Counted from the stretch's first letter, positions 47,430 through 61,700 are shown. The stretch is DNA of 64,000 bases from Malacoraja senta (GCA_038087875.1 JAXLNO010001237.1:1-64000); one strand, 5' to 3'. Made by a program: numbers and translations. The notes: a model not told the origin generated them from the letters alone.

Positions 47430-49140
47430 CCACATTAGAAAAGCTAAAAGAAGATATGAGGTTGCTTTGGCAAGTAAGGTGAAAGTAAATACAAAGGGTT
47501 TCTACAGCTATATTAATAGCAAAGGGATAACGAGGGATAAAATTGGTCCATTAGAGAGTCAGATTGGACAGCTGTCTGCAGAGCCAAAAGAGATGGGGGA
47601 GATATTGAACAATTTATTTTCTTCGGTATTCGGTCCTCCCTCCACCCCCTCCAGTTTAACTTCCATTTGGAATATTTTGGAGGACCAAGAAACCAAGAAC
47701 CAAGAACCACCAAGGAGAAGGATATTGAATTATGTGAGGTAAGGGAAACAAGTAGGGTAGCTATGGAAACTATGAGGATCAAAGAAGAGGAAGTACTGAC
47801 ACTTTTGAAAAATATAAAAGTGGATAAGTCTCCAGGTCCTGACAGGATATTCCCTAAGACATTGAGGGAAGTTAGTGTAGAAATAGCAGGGGCTAGACAG
47901 AAATATTTCAAATGTCATTAGAAATGGGAATGGTGCCGGAGGATTGGCGTACTGCGCATGTTGTTCCATTGTTTAAAAATGGTTCTAAGAGTAAACCTAG
48001 CAATTATAGACCTGTTAGTTTGACGTCAGTGGTGGGCAAATTAATGGAAACGATACTCAGAGATAATATATATAATCATCTGGATAAACAGGGTCTGATT
48101 AGGAACAGTCAACATGGATTTGTGCCTGGAAGGTCATGTTTGAATTTTTTGAAGAGGTTACTAGGGAAATTGATGAGGGTAAAGCAGTGGATGTTGTCTA
48201 TATGGACGGAGATGAGGAAACACTTTTTCTCACAGAGAGTTGTGAGTCTGTGGAATACTCTGCCTCAGAGGGCAGTGGAGGCCGGTTCTCTGGATACTTT
48301 CAAGAGAGAGCCAGATAGGGCTCTTAAAAATAGCAGAGTCAGGGGATATGGGGAGAAGGCAGGAACGGGGTACTGATTGGGGATGATCAGCCATGATCAC
48401 ATTGAATGGCGGTGCTGGCTCGAAGGGTCAAACACCTACCAGTACACCTATTGTCTATTGTCTCTTTCCAAATTGTCGCATCAACCAATTTGGTCTTGCC
48501 ACATCAGAGATATTCTCTTTGGCCTTTCCATCCCACCCTCACATTCTCTAAGACATAAAACAAACTTCTCTTTTCTCAGGAGCATCTCAGGTAGTCTTGG
48601 GTCAGGACCCTTCTCCTGACCTGAAACGTCACCTTTCCAATTTTCCCCGACGTCAGTGGTGGGCAAATTAATGGAAACGATACTCAGAGATAATATATAT
48701 AATCATCTGGATAAACAGGGTCTGATTAGGAACAGTCAACATGGATTTGTGCCTGGAAGGTCATGTTTGAATTTTTTGAAGAGGTTACTAGGGAAATTGA
48801 TGAGGGTAAAGCAGTGGATGTTGTCTATATGGACTTCAGTAAGGCCTTTGACAAGGTTCCACATGGAAGGTTGGTTAAGAAGGTTCAATTGTTGGGTATT
48901 AATAGTGGAGTAGCAAGACAAATTCAACAGTGGCTGAATGGGAGATACCAGAGAGTAATGGCGGATAACTGTTTGTCAGGTTGGAGGCCGGTGACTAGTG
49001 GAGTGCCTCAGGGATCTGTGTTGGGTCCACTGTTGTTTGTCATATACATCAATGATCTGGATGATGGTGTGGTAAATTGGATTAGTAAGTATGCAGATGA
49101 TACTATGATAGGTGGTGTTGTGGATAATGAAGTAATCGAT
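47430..49140 (+). mobile_element. CR1 RT fragment carrying a templated insertion
   Basis: VDKSPGPD, NYRPVSLT, AFDKVPH, GVPQGSVLGP and YADDT motifs; interrupted at 48206-48650. Confidence 0.85.
48206..48650 (+). repeat. 445-bp copy of 41708-42152, flanked by a 186-bp direct duplication (48022-48207 and 48649-48834)
   Basis: Identical ORFs at 41879..42121 and 48377..48619; 2-nt microhomologies (AC, GA) at the junctions. Confidence 0.85.
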
Positions 49141-49843
49141 GGGAAAAATCCTCTTGTCCTGCGCAGCGGAGGTGGACTCTGAGTAAGATGGCCAAAAATC
49201 ACAGCCGTAAGTGGCAGCGTTTTTTCTAAAATCAATATAAAGTGCAACAGGAATTGGTCAAGATGAGACTTTTAGTAATATAGATTGCATTCATTGCAAT
49301 GTGTAAAAAGAGTTGAGATACTGTATTATAAATTTGCTGCATGTCATTGTGGTATATATCATGTCTTGATTGGTGAATATGTTTAGTTTGTGACTTTATT
49401 TGAAGCAGAAATAATATGTGAATGCTTCATTGAGCATAATTCCGACTGGTAACTATGCACTTCATCAGAGCACATTATCGCACGCGTCATGCAAGCCGTC
49501 TTAAATGACCACCTAAACTGTCATTTGGCAACTTAAAAAGCTGCCAAGGTTGCCTGGTTGACAACAGAGAAAAAAAATTAAGTGAGAACCCTGCAATATT
49601 TTTGACACTGGCTTAGGCCTATCTTACATATGCTGTCACAACGCACTGTAGTCTCTAAACAACCCTTCAGTAATTTTACCTGCCCTCCATTTCAGAATAA
49701 TAGTTTTTTTAGCCGGTGACTCGACACTAGCAATAGCAATAAATAAATAAATAAAACACGCAGCTTTCGAGCCCCTTATCTCATTGGCCACGCTCGGCTG
49801 CAAATCGGTGTCATAGAAACATAGAAAACAGGTGCAGGATAGT

Positions 49844-52310
49844 TCATAGTTCATCCATGCAGTCTTTAAATGCCTTCCATTGCATATCCACCGTCAACCC
49901 TTTAAGAATCAATTGCCAGTCTATCTTGGCCAATTCACGTCTCATACCCTCAAAGTTACCTTTCTTTAAGTTCAGAACCCTTGTTTCTGAATTAACAATG
50001 TCACTCTCCATCCTAATGAAGAACTCAACCATATTATGGTCACTCTTGCCCAAGGGGCCACGCACAACAAGACTGCTAACTAACCCTTCCTCATTACTCA
50101 ATACCCAGTCTAGAATAGCCTGCTCTCTCTTTGGTTCCTCTACATGTTGGTTTAGAAAACTATCCCGCATACATTCCAAGAAATACTCTTCCTCAGCACC
50201 CCTGCCAATTTGATTCACCCAATCTATATGTAGATTGAAGTCACCCATTATAACTGTTTTACCTTTGTTGCATGCATTTCTAATTTCCTGTTTGATGCCA
50301 TCCCCAACTCCACTACTACTGTTAGGTGGCCTGTACACAACTCCCACTAGAGTTTTCTGCCCCTTAGTGTTTCGCAGCTCTACCCATATCGATTCCACAT
50401 CCTACAAGCTAATGTCCTTCCTTTCTATTGCGTTAATCTCCTCTCTAACCAGCAATGCTACCCCACCTCCTTTTACTTTCTGTCTATCCCTCCTGAATAT
50501 TGAATATCCCTGGATGTTCAGCTCCCAGCCTTGGTCACCCTGGAGCCATGTCTCCGTGATCCCAACTATATCATATTCATTAACAACTATCTGCACGTTC
50601 AACTCATCCACCTTATTACGAATGCTCCTTGCATTGAGACACAAAGCCTTCAGGCTTGTTTTTACAACACTCTTACCACTTATACAATTATATTGAAAAG
50701 GGGCCCTTTTTGATTTTTGCCCTGGATTTGTCTGCCTGCCACTTTTACTTTTCACCTTGCTACCTATTGCTTCTACCCTCATTTTACACCCCTCTGTCTC
50801 TCTGCTCATTCTCCCATCTCCCTGCCACATTAGTTTAAATCCTCCCCGACAGCACTAGCAAACACTCCCCCAAGGACATTGGTTCCATTCTAGCCCAGGT
50901 GCAGACCGTCCTGTTTGTACTGGTCCCACCTCCCCCAGAACTGGTTCCAATGCCCTAGAAATTTGAATCCCTCCCCCTTTCACCATTTTTCAAGCCACGT
51001 ATTAATCTGCAATATCCTCCTATTTCTACTCTGACAAGCACATGGCACTGGTAGTAATCTAGAGGTTATTACCTTTGAGATCCTACTTTTAAGTTTATCC
51101 CCTAGCTCCCTAAATTCCAATGTGCACCACGACAACTGGCTGTTCACCCTCCCCCTCCAGAATGTTCTGCAGCCGCTCAATGACATCCCTGACCCTTGCA
51201 CCAGGGAGGCAACTTACCATCCTGGAGTCTCGTTTGCGGCCGCAGAAACGCCTATCTATTCCCCTTATATTTTAATCCCCTATTACTATAGCCCTTCCAC
51301 TCTTTTTCCTCCCCTCCTGTGCCGCAGAGCCACCCACGGTGCCATGAACTTGGCTGCTGCTGCCTTCCCCTGATTAGCCATCTACCTCAACAGTATCCAA
51401 AATGGTATATCTGTTGGAGATGACTGCAGGGGACTCCTGCACTACCTGCCGACTGCTACGCTGGCTAGTGGCCACCCGTTCCCTTTATGTCCGCTTAACT
51501 TTTACCTGCGGTGTGGCCAACACTGTATGTGCTATTCACGACTTTCTCAGCATCATGGATGCTCCAGTATGAATCCAACCGCAGCTCCAACCGTTCAATG
51601 TGGTCTGCCAGGAGCTGCAGCTGGACACACTTCCTACACACGTAGTCACCAGGGACACCGACAATATCCCTGATCTCCCACATGTTGCAGGATGAGCAAA
51701 CCATGGGGCCGATCTCAACTGACATGGCTTACCCCCAAATTAAATCAACTCACTCCCACTATAAAAATCGTAATCCTTTAAACTGTACCTGTACTAAAAA
51801 GCAATGTACCCTTAACTCACTGTACCCTTAACTCACTGTACCCTTACCTCACTGTACCCTTAACTCACTGTACCCTTAACTCACTGTACCCTTAACTCAC
51901 TGTACCCTTAACTCACTGTACCCTTAACTCACTGTACCCTTAACTCGCTGTACCCTTAACTCGCTGAACCCTTAACTAAAAAGTACGAACAGAAAGCAGA
52001 AATACAAACCTGGGGTTACTCCCAATCAGCTGCTTCCTCTAGTCCACTTCCACCAATCAGCGGCTTCCTCTAGACCACTTATTTTGAAGTGTGATGGAAC
52101 GTTGCAGAGTGGGCAACGCTGCACCAGCCGCTCCACCCTCTCCTGGGCCTCTGTAGAACAAAGCCCCGTGCTCAATTTTTAAACTCACCGCCCGGACGCT
52201 GCTTCAACCGCTCCAACCACTCCTGGGCATCTGTGGAACAAAGCCTCGCGCTCGATTTTTAAACTCACCTCCCGGACGCTGCTCCAACTGCTCCTGGGCC
52301 TCTAGGTCAG
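49844..52310 (-). mobile_element. CR1 LINE 5' half (5' UTR, ORF1 zinc-finger/esterase, EN)
   Basis: ORF 51495..51725 CSSCNMWE...CRKCVQLQLL; EN ORFs 50402..50830 and 49844..50398 (GDFN, SDHN). Confidence 0.85.
51805..51977 (+). repeat. 16-bp minisatellite (TGTACCCTTAACTCAC) x about 11 in the CR1 5' UTR
   Basis: Directly visible head-to-tail units with no spacers. Confidence 0.9.
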
Positions 52311-53538
52311 ATTGCCTCTGGGTCAATCTGGTGGAACATCTTCCTCTAGTCGTGGGGGTGGGGGATTGGGAGGGGCCTCACAAGTGGAACAGCCTAGGGC
52401 CTCTCTTCATCTAAATCCGGCCCCGCATCCAGGAATGAAGAAGAATGTAAAAAGTGGTGAACACTGCCCAGTCTATCACGGGTATTGACTTCTCCACCAT
52501 CAAAGTGATCTACAGGAGTCGCTGCCTCATAAAGGGAGCCAGCACCATCAGAGACCCACACTCTCTCATTTGTCTGGACTTATGGTGTTCAAGGTGAAGC
52601 TATAGTGAATAATAATAGGAGTCTGGTGTAGGTTCGGCAAAGACTTGGCGAACAACGTAACCAGGAGGGAGCTGGAGAAGTCGGACGCAAGGGGCAAGGA
52701 CCGGTGTAGGTGGGTGAACCGGGGTAATGCCTCCAGCGCCTTCAAGGTTGGCTGCAGGAGGTACCCTCAGGACACAAAGATGGCCAGAGAAGGAAAGGAG
52801 AGGAGAGGAGAGGAATGATGCTCCAGTGCATTGAGCGTGGGGCCCGAATGGACATCATAGCGCCAATAATGTCGGCGCCCGCATGTGTAGAATGTGCAAG
52901 AGGAATTTCTCTGTGCAGTTGTATACGTGACAAATAAAGCACTATTGAGGTGTCCTTGTTAACCTGGTGTTGCAGAGCCAGGGAAATGGCGTCTGCTGTG
53001 GACCTGTTGTGGTGGTAGGTGAATTGCGGTGGATCAAGACTAGATAGGGCTCTTAAAGATAGTGGAGTCAGGAGATATGGGGAGCAGGCAGGAACAGGGT
53101 ACTGATTGGGGATGATCAGCCATGATCACATTGAAGGGCCGAATGGCCTATTCCTGCACCTATTGTCTATTGACGAAGACTGGAGTTATTGTGTGTCATG
53201 ACCAGCCTCACAAAGCTACTGTGGAATATAAACAATGGTTCACGTCTGTCAGTCCCAGAGGCTATTTTCATGCTGTTCGTCCTTTTTCTCTTATGGTTAA
53301 ATTTCCTAAATTTCTGCATATTATGAGTTTGCAGATTATATAGTTTTGGCACTTAAAGGAAATGTACTGAATTGTTTTTTACTGTGCTACCTGTATGACC
53401 TGACCGAATTTTGCAGGAGAACATGAAATCTGAATTCATTTACATTGGATAAACCTTTTTAAAAAGCAATGAAAGAGGAAGTTAGCTCTAAATAAAACCA
53501 CACCAGCTATTTTAGAGGGACTATTTTTAAATGATAAT

Positions 53539-53822
53539 GGGGCTGTCCCACTGTACGAGCTAATTCAAGAGTTCTCCCGAGTTTCCCCTAATTCGAACTC
53601 GGAGAATTACGGTAATAGCCGCTCGTAGGTACTCGGGGTTCTCGTGGACATTTTTCAACATTGAAAAATCTTCACGAGTCTTCCCGAGCTTACCGCGTTT
53701 CCCGAGTACCTGCCGTTAGCGTTACGAGCCGCTAAGACATCCCGAGCTCCAATGTACCCGCTACGTACATTCCAAATGCTTGCCACGAGTTTGATTTTTT
53801 TTTAAACTCGGGAGAGCTCTTG
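53539..53822. mobile_element. MITE-like fragment with partial inverted repeats (possibly Harbinger-derived)
   Basis: caagagttctcccgagttt pairs with aaactcgggagagctcttg; the left end reads ggggctgtcccact and the right terminus is missing. Confidence 0.5.
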
Positions 53823-53949
53823 GGTGAACACGTACACGAACTACGACAGACCCATAACTATTGACAAATTAACAGCTGAAGTTTGTCAAATCTCATTTGT
53901 ATTAAACATGAAAAAATTGAGAAACCAGTCCCTCATTAACTTGAGCAGC

Positions 53950-54531
53950 GGGGCAGCACAGTGGTGCAGCGATAGAGTTGCTGCCTTACAGTGCCAGAGA
54001 CCCAGGTTCGTTCCTGACCACGGGTACAGTCTGTATAGAGTTTGTATGTTCTCCCTGTGACTGCGTAGGTTGTCTCCGAGACATGCAGGATAGTGGGTTA
54101 ATTGGCTTCTGTAAATGATCCCAAGTGTGTAGGATAGAACTAGCCTTTAATCTTTTTCTTTAGTCTTTAGCGATATAGTGTGAAAACGGGCCCTTCAGCC
54201 CACCGAATCCATGCCGACCAGTGATCATCCCGCACACCAGCATTATCCTACATACTAGGGACAATTTTACAATTTATACCAAAGCCAATTAACCTACAAT
54301 CCTGTATGTCTTTGGAGTGTTGGAGGAAACCGGAGCACCCGGAGAAAACCCCCTTGGTCACAGGGAGAACGTAAAACTCTGAACAGACAGCAACTGTAGT
54401 CAGGATTTTTTTTGCACTGTAAGGCAGCAACTCTACCGCTGCGCCACCATGCCACCCAGTGTATGGGTGATTGCTGGTCGGGCCGAAGGACCTGTTACCA
54501 CGCTGTATCTGTAAACTAAACTAAACTAAAG
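53950..54531. mobile_element. HE1-like SINE (+) interrupted by an antisense copy (about 54161-54457)
   Basis: The + copy head/body (53950-54143) resumes at 54459-54531 after a minus-strand copy. Confidence 0.7.
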
Positions 54532-54885
54532 TAAAACCCTGTGGACCATGGTCAAACTTGTAACGGGTTTTGGAAAAGGGAGAGAGAAACTTGCTGGCAA
54601 AAGTAGAAAACTGAGTATGCGGGTAACCTCATTACTTCCTATTCAGTGAAAATGCAAAAGCATGCAGGATAAAACAAAAAATCCTTTCAAAGTAATTTAC
54701 ATTGTAATTTCCCTCTTCGGAAATATGTTACTCGACAGATTGCACAATTTCTTGTTCAGAGGCACCCTTAAATTTCTGCACGCTCAATGTAAATGTAGTT
54801 CGCCTGCCTTTTTGTCAATAGTACTTAACTCACGTGTATCAAGAAAGACTCAGTTAGCATTTAAAAATAATCCCTCCAAAATAAG

Positions 54886-54917
54886 CAGATGTGGTTTTCT
54901 ATAGAGGTGACTTCCTC
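54886..54917. promoter_or_regulatory. Candidate enhancer: E-box/RUNX/ETS cluster
   Basis: CAGATG overlaps TGTGGTTT, with ACTTCCTC 12 nt further on, in a non-repeat island about 9 kb upstream of the leader exon. Confidence 0.3.
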
Positions 54918-55349
54918 TTCCACTGCTTAGAAACATAGAAAAATAGAAAATAGGTGCGGGGCCCTTCGGCCCTTCGAGCCAGCACCGCCATTCATTGTGA
55001 TCATGGCTGATCTTCCCCTATCAATAATCCGTGCCTGCCTTCTCCCCATATCCCTTGACTCCACTTGCCCCTAGAGCTCAATCTAACTCCCTCTTAAATC
55101 CATCCAGTGATTTGGCCTCCACTGCCCTCTGTGGCAGGGAATTCCATAAATTCACAACTCATTGGGTGAAAACTTTTTTTCTCACCTCAGTCTTAAATGA
55201 CCTCCTCTTTATTCTAAGACTGTGGCCCCTGGTTCTGGACTCGCCCAACATTGGGAACATTTTTCCTGCATCTAGCTCGTCCAGTCCTTTTATAATTTTA
55301 TATGTTTCTATAAGATCCCCATCATCCTTCTAAACTCCAGTGAATACAT

Positions 55350-57720
55350 AGATACATAGAAAATAGGTGCAGGAGTAGGCCATTCGGCCCTTTGAGCCTG
55401 CACCGCCATTCAATATGATCATGGCTGATCATTCAACTCAGTATCCCGTACCTGCCTTCTCTCCATACCCCCTGATCCCTTTAGCCACAAGGGCCACATC
55501 TAACTCCCTCTTAAATATAGCCAATGAACTGGCCTCAACTACCCTCTGTGGCAGAGAGTTCCAGAGATTCACCACTCTCTGTGTGAAAAAGTTTTTTCTC
55601 ATCTCGGTCTTAAAGGATTTCCCCCTTATCCTTAAGCTGTGACCCCTTGTCCTGGACGTCCCCAACATCGGGAACAATCTTCCTGCATCTAGCCTGTCCA
55701 ACCCCATAAGAATTTTGTACGTTTCTATAAGATCCCCTCTCAATCTCCTAAATTCTAGCGAGTATAAGCCAAGTCTATCCAGTCTTTCTTCATATGAAAG
55801 ACCTGACATCCCAGGAATCAGTCTGGTGAACCTTCTCTGCACTCCCTCTATGGCTATAATGTCCTTCCTCAAATTTGGAGACCAAAACTGTACGCAATAC
55901 TCCAGGTGTGGTCTCACCAACACCCTGTACAACTGCGGTAGAACCTCCCTGCTCCTATACTCAAATCCTTTTGCTATGAAAGCTAACATACCATTCGCTT
56001 TCTTCACTGCCTGCTGCACCTGCATGCCTACTTTCAATGACTGGTGTACCATGACACCCAAGTCTTGCTGCATCTCCCCTTTTCCTAATCGGCCACCATT
56101 TAGATAATAGTCTACTTTCCTGTTTTTGCCACCAAAGTGGATAACCTCACATTTATCTACATTATACTGCATCTGCCAAACATTTTCCCACTCACCCAGC
56201 CTATCCAAGTCACCTTGCAGCCTCCTAGCATCCTCCTCACAGCTAACACTGCCCCCCAGCTTAGTGTCATCCGCAAACTTGGAGATGTTGCCTTCAATTC
56301 CCTCATCCAGGTCATTAATATAAATTGTAAATAGCTGGGGTCCCAGCACTGAGCCTTGCGGTACCCCACTAGTCACTGCCTGCCATTGTGAAAAGGACCA
56401 GTTTACTCCTACTTTTTGCTTCCTGTTTGCCAGCCAGTTCTCTATCGACATCAATACTGAACCCCCAATACCGTGTGCTTTAAGTTTGTATACTAATCTC
56501 TTATGTGGGACCTTGTCAAAAGCCTTCTGAAAGTCCAGATACAACACATCCACTGGTTCTCCCCTATCCACTCTACTAGTTACATCCTCGAAAAATTCTA
56601 TAAGATTCGTCAGACATGATTTACCTTTCGTAAATCCATGCTGACTTTGTCCAATGATTTCACCACTTTCCAAATGTGCTGCTATCCCATCTTTAATAAC
56701 TGACTCTAGCAGTTTCCCCACTACCGATGTTAGACTAACTGGTCTGTAATTCCCCGTTTTCTCTCTCCCTCCCTTCTTAAAAAGTGGGGTTACGTTTGCT
56801 ACCCTCCAATCCTCAGGAACTACTCCAGAATCTAAAGAGTTTTGAAAAATTATCACTAATGCATCCACTATTTCTGGAGCTACTTCCTTAAGTACTCTGG
56901 GATGCAGCCTATCTGGCCCTGGTGATTTATCGGCCTTTAATCCATTCAATTTACCCAACACCACTTCCCGACTAACCTGGATTTCACTCAGTTCCTCTAT
57001 CTCCTTTGACCCGCGGTCCCCTGCTATTTCCGGCAGATTATTTATGTCTTCCTTAGTGAAGACGGAACCAAAGTAGTTATTCAATTGGTCCGCCATATCC
57101 TTGTTCCCCATGATCAATTCACCCGTTTCTGACTGCAAGGGACCTACATTTGTTTTAACTAATCTCTTTCTCTTCACATATCTATAAAAATTTTGCAGTC
57201 AGTTTTTATGTTCCCTGCCAGTTTTCTTTCATAATCTATTTTCCCTTTCCTAATTAAGCCCTTTGTCCTCCTCTGCTGGTCTCTGAATTTCTCCCAGTCC
57301 TCTGGTATGCTGCTTTTTCTGGCTAATTTGTAAGCATCATCTTTTGCTTTGATACCATCCCCGATTTCCCTTGTTATCCATGGATGCACTACCTTCCCTG
57401 ATTTATTCTTTTGCCAAACTGGGATGAACAATTTTTGTAGTTCATCCATGCAGTCTTTAAATGCCTTCCATTGCATATCCACCGTCAACCCTTTTAGAAC
57501 TAATTGCCAGTCAATCTTGTCCAATTCACGTCTCATACCCTCAAAGTTACCTTTCTTTATGTTCAGAACCGTTGTTTCTGAATTAACAATGTCACTCTCC
57601 ATCCTAATGAAGAACTCAACTATATTATGGTCACTCTTGCCCAAGGGGGCACGCACAACAAGACTGCTAACTAACCCTTCCTCATTACTCAATACCCAGT
57701 CTAGAATAGCCTGCTCTCTC
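55350..57720 (-). mobile_element. Young CR1 LINE with an intact 579-aa RT/C-terminal ORF and an EN remnant
   Basis: ORF 55438..57177 with all RT motifs; ORF 57174..57692. Confidence 0.92.
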
Positions 57721-60700
57721 GCCTAGTCTTTCCAATACAAGCCTAGTCTTTTCAATCTTTCCTCATATGACAGTCCTGCCATCTCAGGGATCAATCTCGT
57801 GAACCTACGCTGCACTGCCTGAATCACAAGGATGTCCTTCCTCAAATTAGGAGACCAAAACTGTACACAATACTCCAGATGTGGTCTCACCAGAGCCCTA
57901 TACAACTGCAGAAGAACCTCTTTACTCCTATACTGAAATCCTCTTGTAATGAAGGCCAACATTCCATTAGCTTTCTTCACTGCCTGCTGTATCTGTAAGC
58001 CAACTTTCAGTGACCGGTGTACAAGGACACCCAGGTCTCACTGTACCTCCCCCTTACCTAACCTAACCCCATTGAGATAATAATCTGCCCCCTTGTTTTT
58101 GCCACCAAAGTGGATAACCTCACATTTATCTATATTATACTGCATCTGACACGCATCTGCCCACTCACTCAACCTGTCCAGGTCACCCTGCAACCTCCTA
58201 ACATCCTCTTCACAGTTCACACTGCCACCCAGCTTTGTGTCATCCGCAAACTTGCTAGTGTTGCTCCTAATTCCCTCTTCCAAATCATTAATATATATGT
58301 TAAACAGTTGCGGCCCCAACACCGAGCCTTGCGGCACTCCACTCGCCACTGCCTGCCATTCTGAAAAGGACCCGTTCACTTCTACTCTTTGCTTCTGGTC
58401 TGCCAACCAATTTTCTATCCATGTCAACACCCTACCCCCAATACCATGTGCTCTAATTTTAGTCACCAGTCTCCCGTGCGGGACCTTATCAAAGGCTTTC
58501 TGAAAGTCTAGATACACTACATCCACTGGCATCCCTTCATCCATTTTACTTGTCACACCCTCAAAAAATTCCAGAAGATTAGTCAAGCATGATTTTCCTT
58601 TCATAAATCCATGTTGACTTGGACTAATCCTTTTACTGCTATCCAAATGCCCCATTATTACCTCTTTAATAATTGACTCCAACATCTTTCCCACCACCAA
58701 AGTCAGGCTAACTGGTCTGTAATTCCCCGTTTTCTCTCTCGCTCCTTTCTTGAAAAGTGGGATAACATTAGCTATCCTCCAATCCACAGGAACTGATCCT
58801 GAATCTATTGAACATTGGAAAATGATCACCAATGCGTCCACTATTTCTAGAGCCACCTCCCTGATGACCCTGGGATGCAGACCATCAGGCCCAGGGGATT
58901 TATCATCCTTCAGTCCCATTAGCTTACCCAATACTATTTCTCGCCTAATGAAAATTTCTTTCAGTTCCTCTACCCCCTTAGATCCTCTGTCCTCCAGTAC
59001 ATCTGGGAGATTGTTTGTGTCTTCCTTAGTGAAGACAGATCCGAAGTACCTATTCAACTCTTCTGCCATTTCCTTGTTGCCCATAATAATTTCACCCGTG
59101 TCTGCCTTGAAGGGACCCACATTTGACTTTGCTACTCTTTTTCCCTTAACATATCTAAAGAAGCTTTTACTGTCCTTCTTTATATTCCTGGCCAGTTTCC
59201 CCTCGTACTTCATCTTTTCAGCCCGTATTGCTCGTTTTGTTTCCTTCTGTTGTCCTATGAAAGTTTCCCAATCCTCTGGCTTCCGGCTACTCTTTGCTGT
59301 GTTATACATCTTTTCTTTTAGTTTTATTCTATCCCTAACTTCTCTTGTCAGCCACGGTTGCCTCTTACTCCCCTTAGAATCTTTCTTCCTTTTTGGAATG
59401 AAATGATCCTGCATCTCCCGGATTATGCCCAGAAATTCCTGCCATTGCTGTTCCACCGTCATTCCTGCTAGGATCCCTTTCCAGTCTACTTTGGCCAGCT
59501 CCCCTCTCATGCCTTCATAGTCCCCTTTGTTCAACTGCATCACTGCCACTGCTTCTCAAATTGCAGATTAAAACTAATCATATTATGATCACTACCTCCA
59601 AGCGGTTCCTTTACCTTGAGTTCTCTTATCATATCTGGTTCATTGGACAACACTAAATGCAGAATTGCCTTTTCTCTGGTCGGCTCCATTACAAGCTGCT
59701 CTAAGAATCCATCTCGGAGGCATTCTACAAACTCTCTTTCTTGGGGTCCTGAACCAACCTGATTTTCCCAGTCTACCTGCATATTGAAATCCCCCATCAC
59801 CACAGTGGCATTACCTTTGTTACATGCCGGTTTTAACTCCTGCTGCAACTTTCACCCTACATCCGGGCTTCTATTTGGGGGTCTGTAAATAACACCAATT
59901 AGTGTCTTCTTGCCTTTACAATTCCTCAACTCAATCTACAGTGACTCTACCTCGTCAGTCCCTATGTCTTCCCTCGCAAGGGACCAAATTCCATCCCTCC
60001 CCAGCAGAGTTACCCCCCCTCCTCTGCCCACCTGCCTGTCCTTTCTAGAGGATGTATAACCCTATTATTAAGTTCCCAGGCCCGATCCTCCTGCAGCCAC
60101 TTCTTAGTAATCCCCACAATGTCATATCTACCAACCTCTAACTGAGCCTCAAGCTCATCTACCTTACTTCTTATACTTCATGCATTCATATACAATACTT
60201 TTAATTCCTTACGCACCTCACCTTTCACATCGATCCCTATTACACTTGGCCATACTCTCCGATCCCTTTGTGAGCTTCCTTTCCCATTAATTCTGGGGTC
60301 ATTAACCATCCCTTTACTCTCTTTCCCTTTAACTCCATCCTCGATTATCCCATTTGACACCCCACCCCCCTTATTCAGTTTAAAACCACCCGTGTAGCAG
60401 TGGAAAACCTGCCTGCCAGAATGTTGGTCCCCCACCTGTTAAGGTGCAATCCGTCCCATTTGTACAGTTCCCCCTTACTCCAAAACAGATCCCAGTGATC
60501 TAAGAATCTAAATCTCTGCCCCTGCACCAGTTCCTCAGCCACACATTCAGGTCCCGGATCTCCCTGTTCCTGCTCTCGCCAGCACGAGGAACTGGAAGCA
60601 AACCGGAGATAACAACCCTGGAGGTGCTGCTTTTCAGCATTTTTCAGAGCTCTCTAATGTCACGCTGCAGAATATTCATCCCCTTCTTTCCGACATCGTT

Positions 60701-61700
60701 TGTGCCGACATGCACTACCACTTCCGGCTGTTCACCTTCGCCCTTGAGGATTTTCTGCACTCTGTCCGTGACATCCTGGATCCTGGAACCAGGAAGGCAG
60801 CACACCATCCTCAAATCCAGTCTGTTTTGCAGAAACGCCTGTCCGTACCTCTCACAATGGAGTCTCCAACTACAATGGTGTTGCCTGACGTTGGCCTCTT
60901 TGGTTTTGGCTCAAGAGCCCTTTTTGCTTCGCAAGCCAGTCCGCCGCTCAGTGTGATAACGTCTGCTGTCGGCTTCTAATTGGGCGAACCTGTTCACAAG
61001 AGGTACAACACCCGGGGACCTTTGCATTCCAAGTTTCCCTTCCTTTCTCACCGTCACCCACTTTCTCTCTTCCAGTACCTTAGGTGTAACAATCTTACTG
61101 TAGGACTTGTCAAGGAACGACTCCGTTTCTCGGACGAACCTGAGGTCATCCACTTGCTTCTCCAGTTCCCCAACACGGTCCTTCAGGAGCTGTACCTGGA
61201 TGCACTTCTCACATTTGTAGCAGCCAGAGGCACCAGCAATGTCCTTGACCTCCCACATACTGCAAGCATCACACTGAATCAGCTTGCTTGACATCTCCTT
61301 CTTTTGTCTCTCCCTCTCCAGCGTTTTGCGTAGCCTCCTCTCCTCAGCCTCCTCGTCGAAGCCTCTCGAGCCAAAGACTCACACTTCCCTCACAAGGCCG
61401 CTCCCTAAGAGCCATCCTGCTTATATTGACTGATAAATTGCCTAATTTACCAATTTACAAACCAAATTCCTCAGTTTTAAACTGTTTTCCCCCTCTGACT
61501 CACTTCTAACTCTCCTCCCACTCGGGCTAGAGCCAATCAGTGTTTTCTCCTGCTTCTCTTTGTTGCTGTTGCTTCAAAATCCACGGGAGCTCTGAGTAAA
61601 GTCTGCCTGTGCTTTGTCTCTCCTTTTCAACTGCTTTCCCCCTCTGACTCACTTCTAACTCTCCTCCCACTCGGGCTAGAGCCAATCAGTGTTTGAAATA
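57720..61700 (-). mobile_element. Near full-length but internally deleted CR1 LINE (5' UTR repeats, ORF1, EN, RT)
   Basis: ORF1 60911..61294 (CDACSMWE...CEKCIQVQLL), EN 59540..59848, RT 58038..59549; a 64-bp direct repeat at about 61482-61545 and 61631-61694. Confidence 0.88.

Noticed and set aside
51805-51977. CRISPR-like repeat array
   Set aside because: Head-to-tail 16-mers with no spacers in a eukaryotic CR1 5' UTR: a minisatellite.
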